A stretch of DNA of 32,000 bases from Opitutales bacterium (lineage in GTDB: Bacteria; Verrucomicrobiota; Verrucomicrobiia; Opitutales; PNEW01). The notes under the pieces are model-generated. The model was not told the origin of the DNA. It ran no database searches and worked only from the letters and a program-made list of their open reading frames with translations. Shown piece by piece: positions 31,978 through 32,000 of this stretch. The translations under genes and the position numbers were made by a program. Each line of letters begins with the position of its first letter. Within the stretch, counting starts at the first letter, position 1. The DNA is taken from assembly GCA_965219535.1 (NCBI GenBank), contig CBDCNV010000002.1, forward strand, positions 1,260,001-1,292,000, in the 5' to 3' direction.

Positions 31978-32000
31978 TTTTAAGTGTTAGGTGTTAAGCA
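31978..32000. repeat. TTAAGTG/TTAGGTG array, cut by the window edge
   Basis: ttttaagtgttaggtgttaagca. Confidence 0.85.

Overview
This is a 32-kb bacterial chromosomal segment of moderate GC with 25 protein-coding genes, 18 of them on the minus strand. I recognise no rRNA, tRNA, CRISPR array, transposase or integrase. The coding content is a loose set of accessory oxidoreductases and hydrolases. It includes three PhyH-type Fe(II)/2-oxoglutarate dioxygenases (one fused to HEAT repeats), an enolase-superfamily enzyme, a ThDP enzyme, and MDR and SDR dehydrogenases. It also includes a DadA-like FAD oxidoreductase, RidA, a gluconolactonase-like propeller, a membrane fatty-acid desaturase and a VanX-like M15 peptidase. 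The rest are two SGNH esterases, a BNR propeller, a Kelch(NanM-like)/sodium:solute symporter fusion and a large secreted Ig-like protein. The gene set gives the impression of a marine or sponge-associated PVC/Poribacteria-like heterotroph, but that is only an impression. The unusual part is the non-coding DNA. Most longer intergenic spacers (many are 250-540 bp) are assembled from one small vocabulary of repeat modules. The short-period modules are TTTTGAC/GTCAAAAG and ATGCGNNN octamer arrays, GAACC(C/T) and GCATC heptamer arrays, and TTAGGTG/TTAAGTG arrays. The structured modules are GGAGGGAC...GTCC hairpins, GGTGGA...TCCACC long hairpins, and 110-245 bp palindromic elements bounded by GTCATTGCG / CGCRATGACAAA. 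The modules recur in a conserved order, show compensatory changes in stems, and sit directly against start codons that lack Shine-Dalgarno sequences. In several places they overlap or supply gene ends. Other notable structures are a perfect 2 x 323 bp tandem duplication covering the leader and 5' end of the M15 peptidase gene, a 57-bp x 3 tandem repeat that provides the C-terminus and stop codon of a PhyH gene, and a ~230-bp composite direct repeat bracketing an orphan nucleotidyltransferase-like ORF. All coordinates were read by eye and may be off by 1-3 nt.
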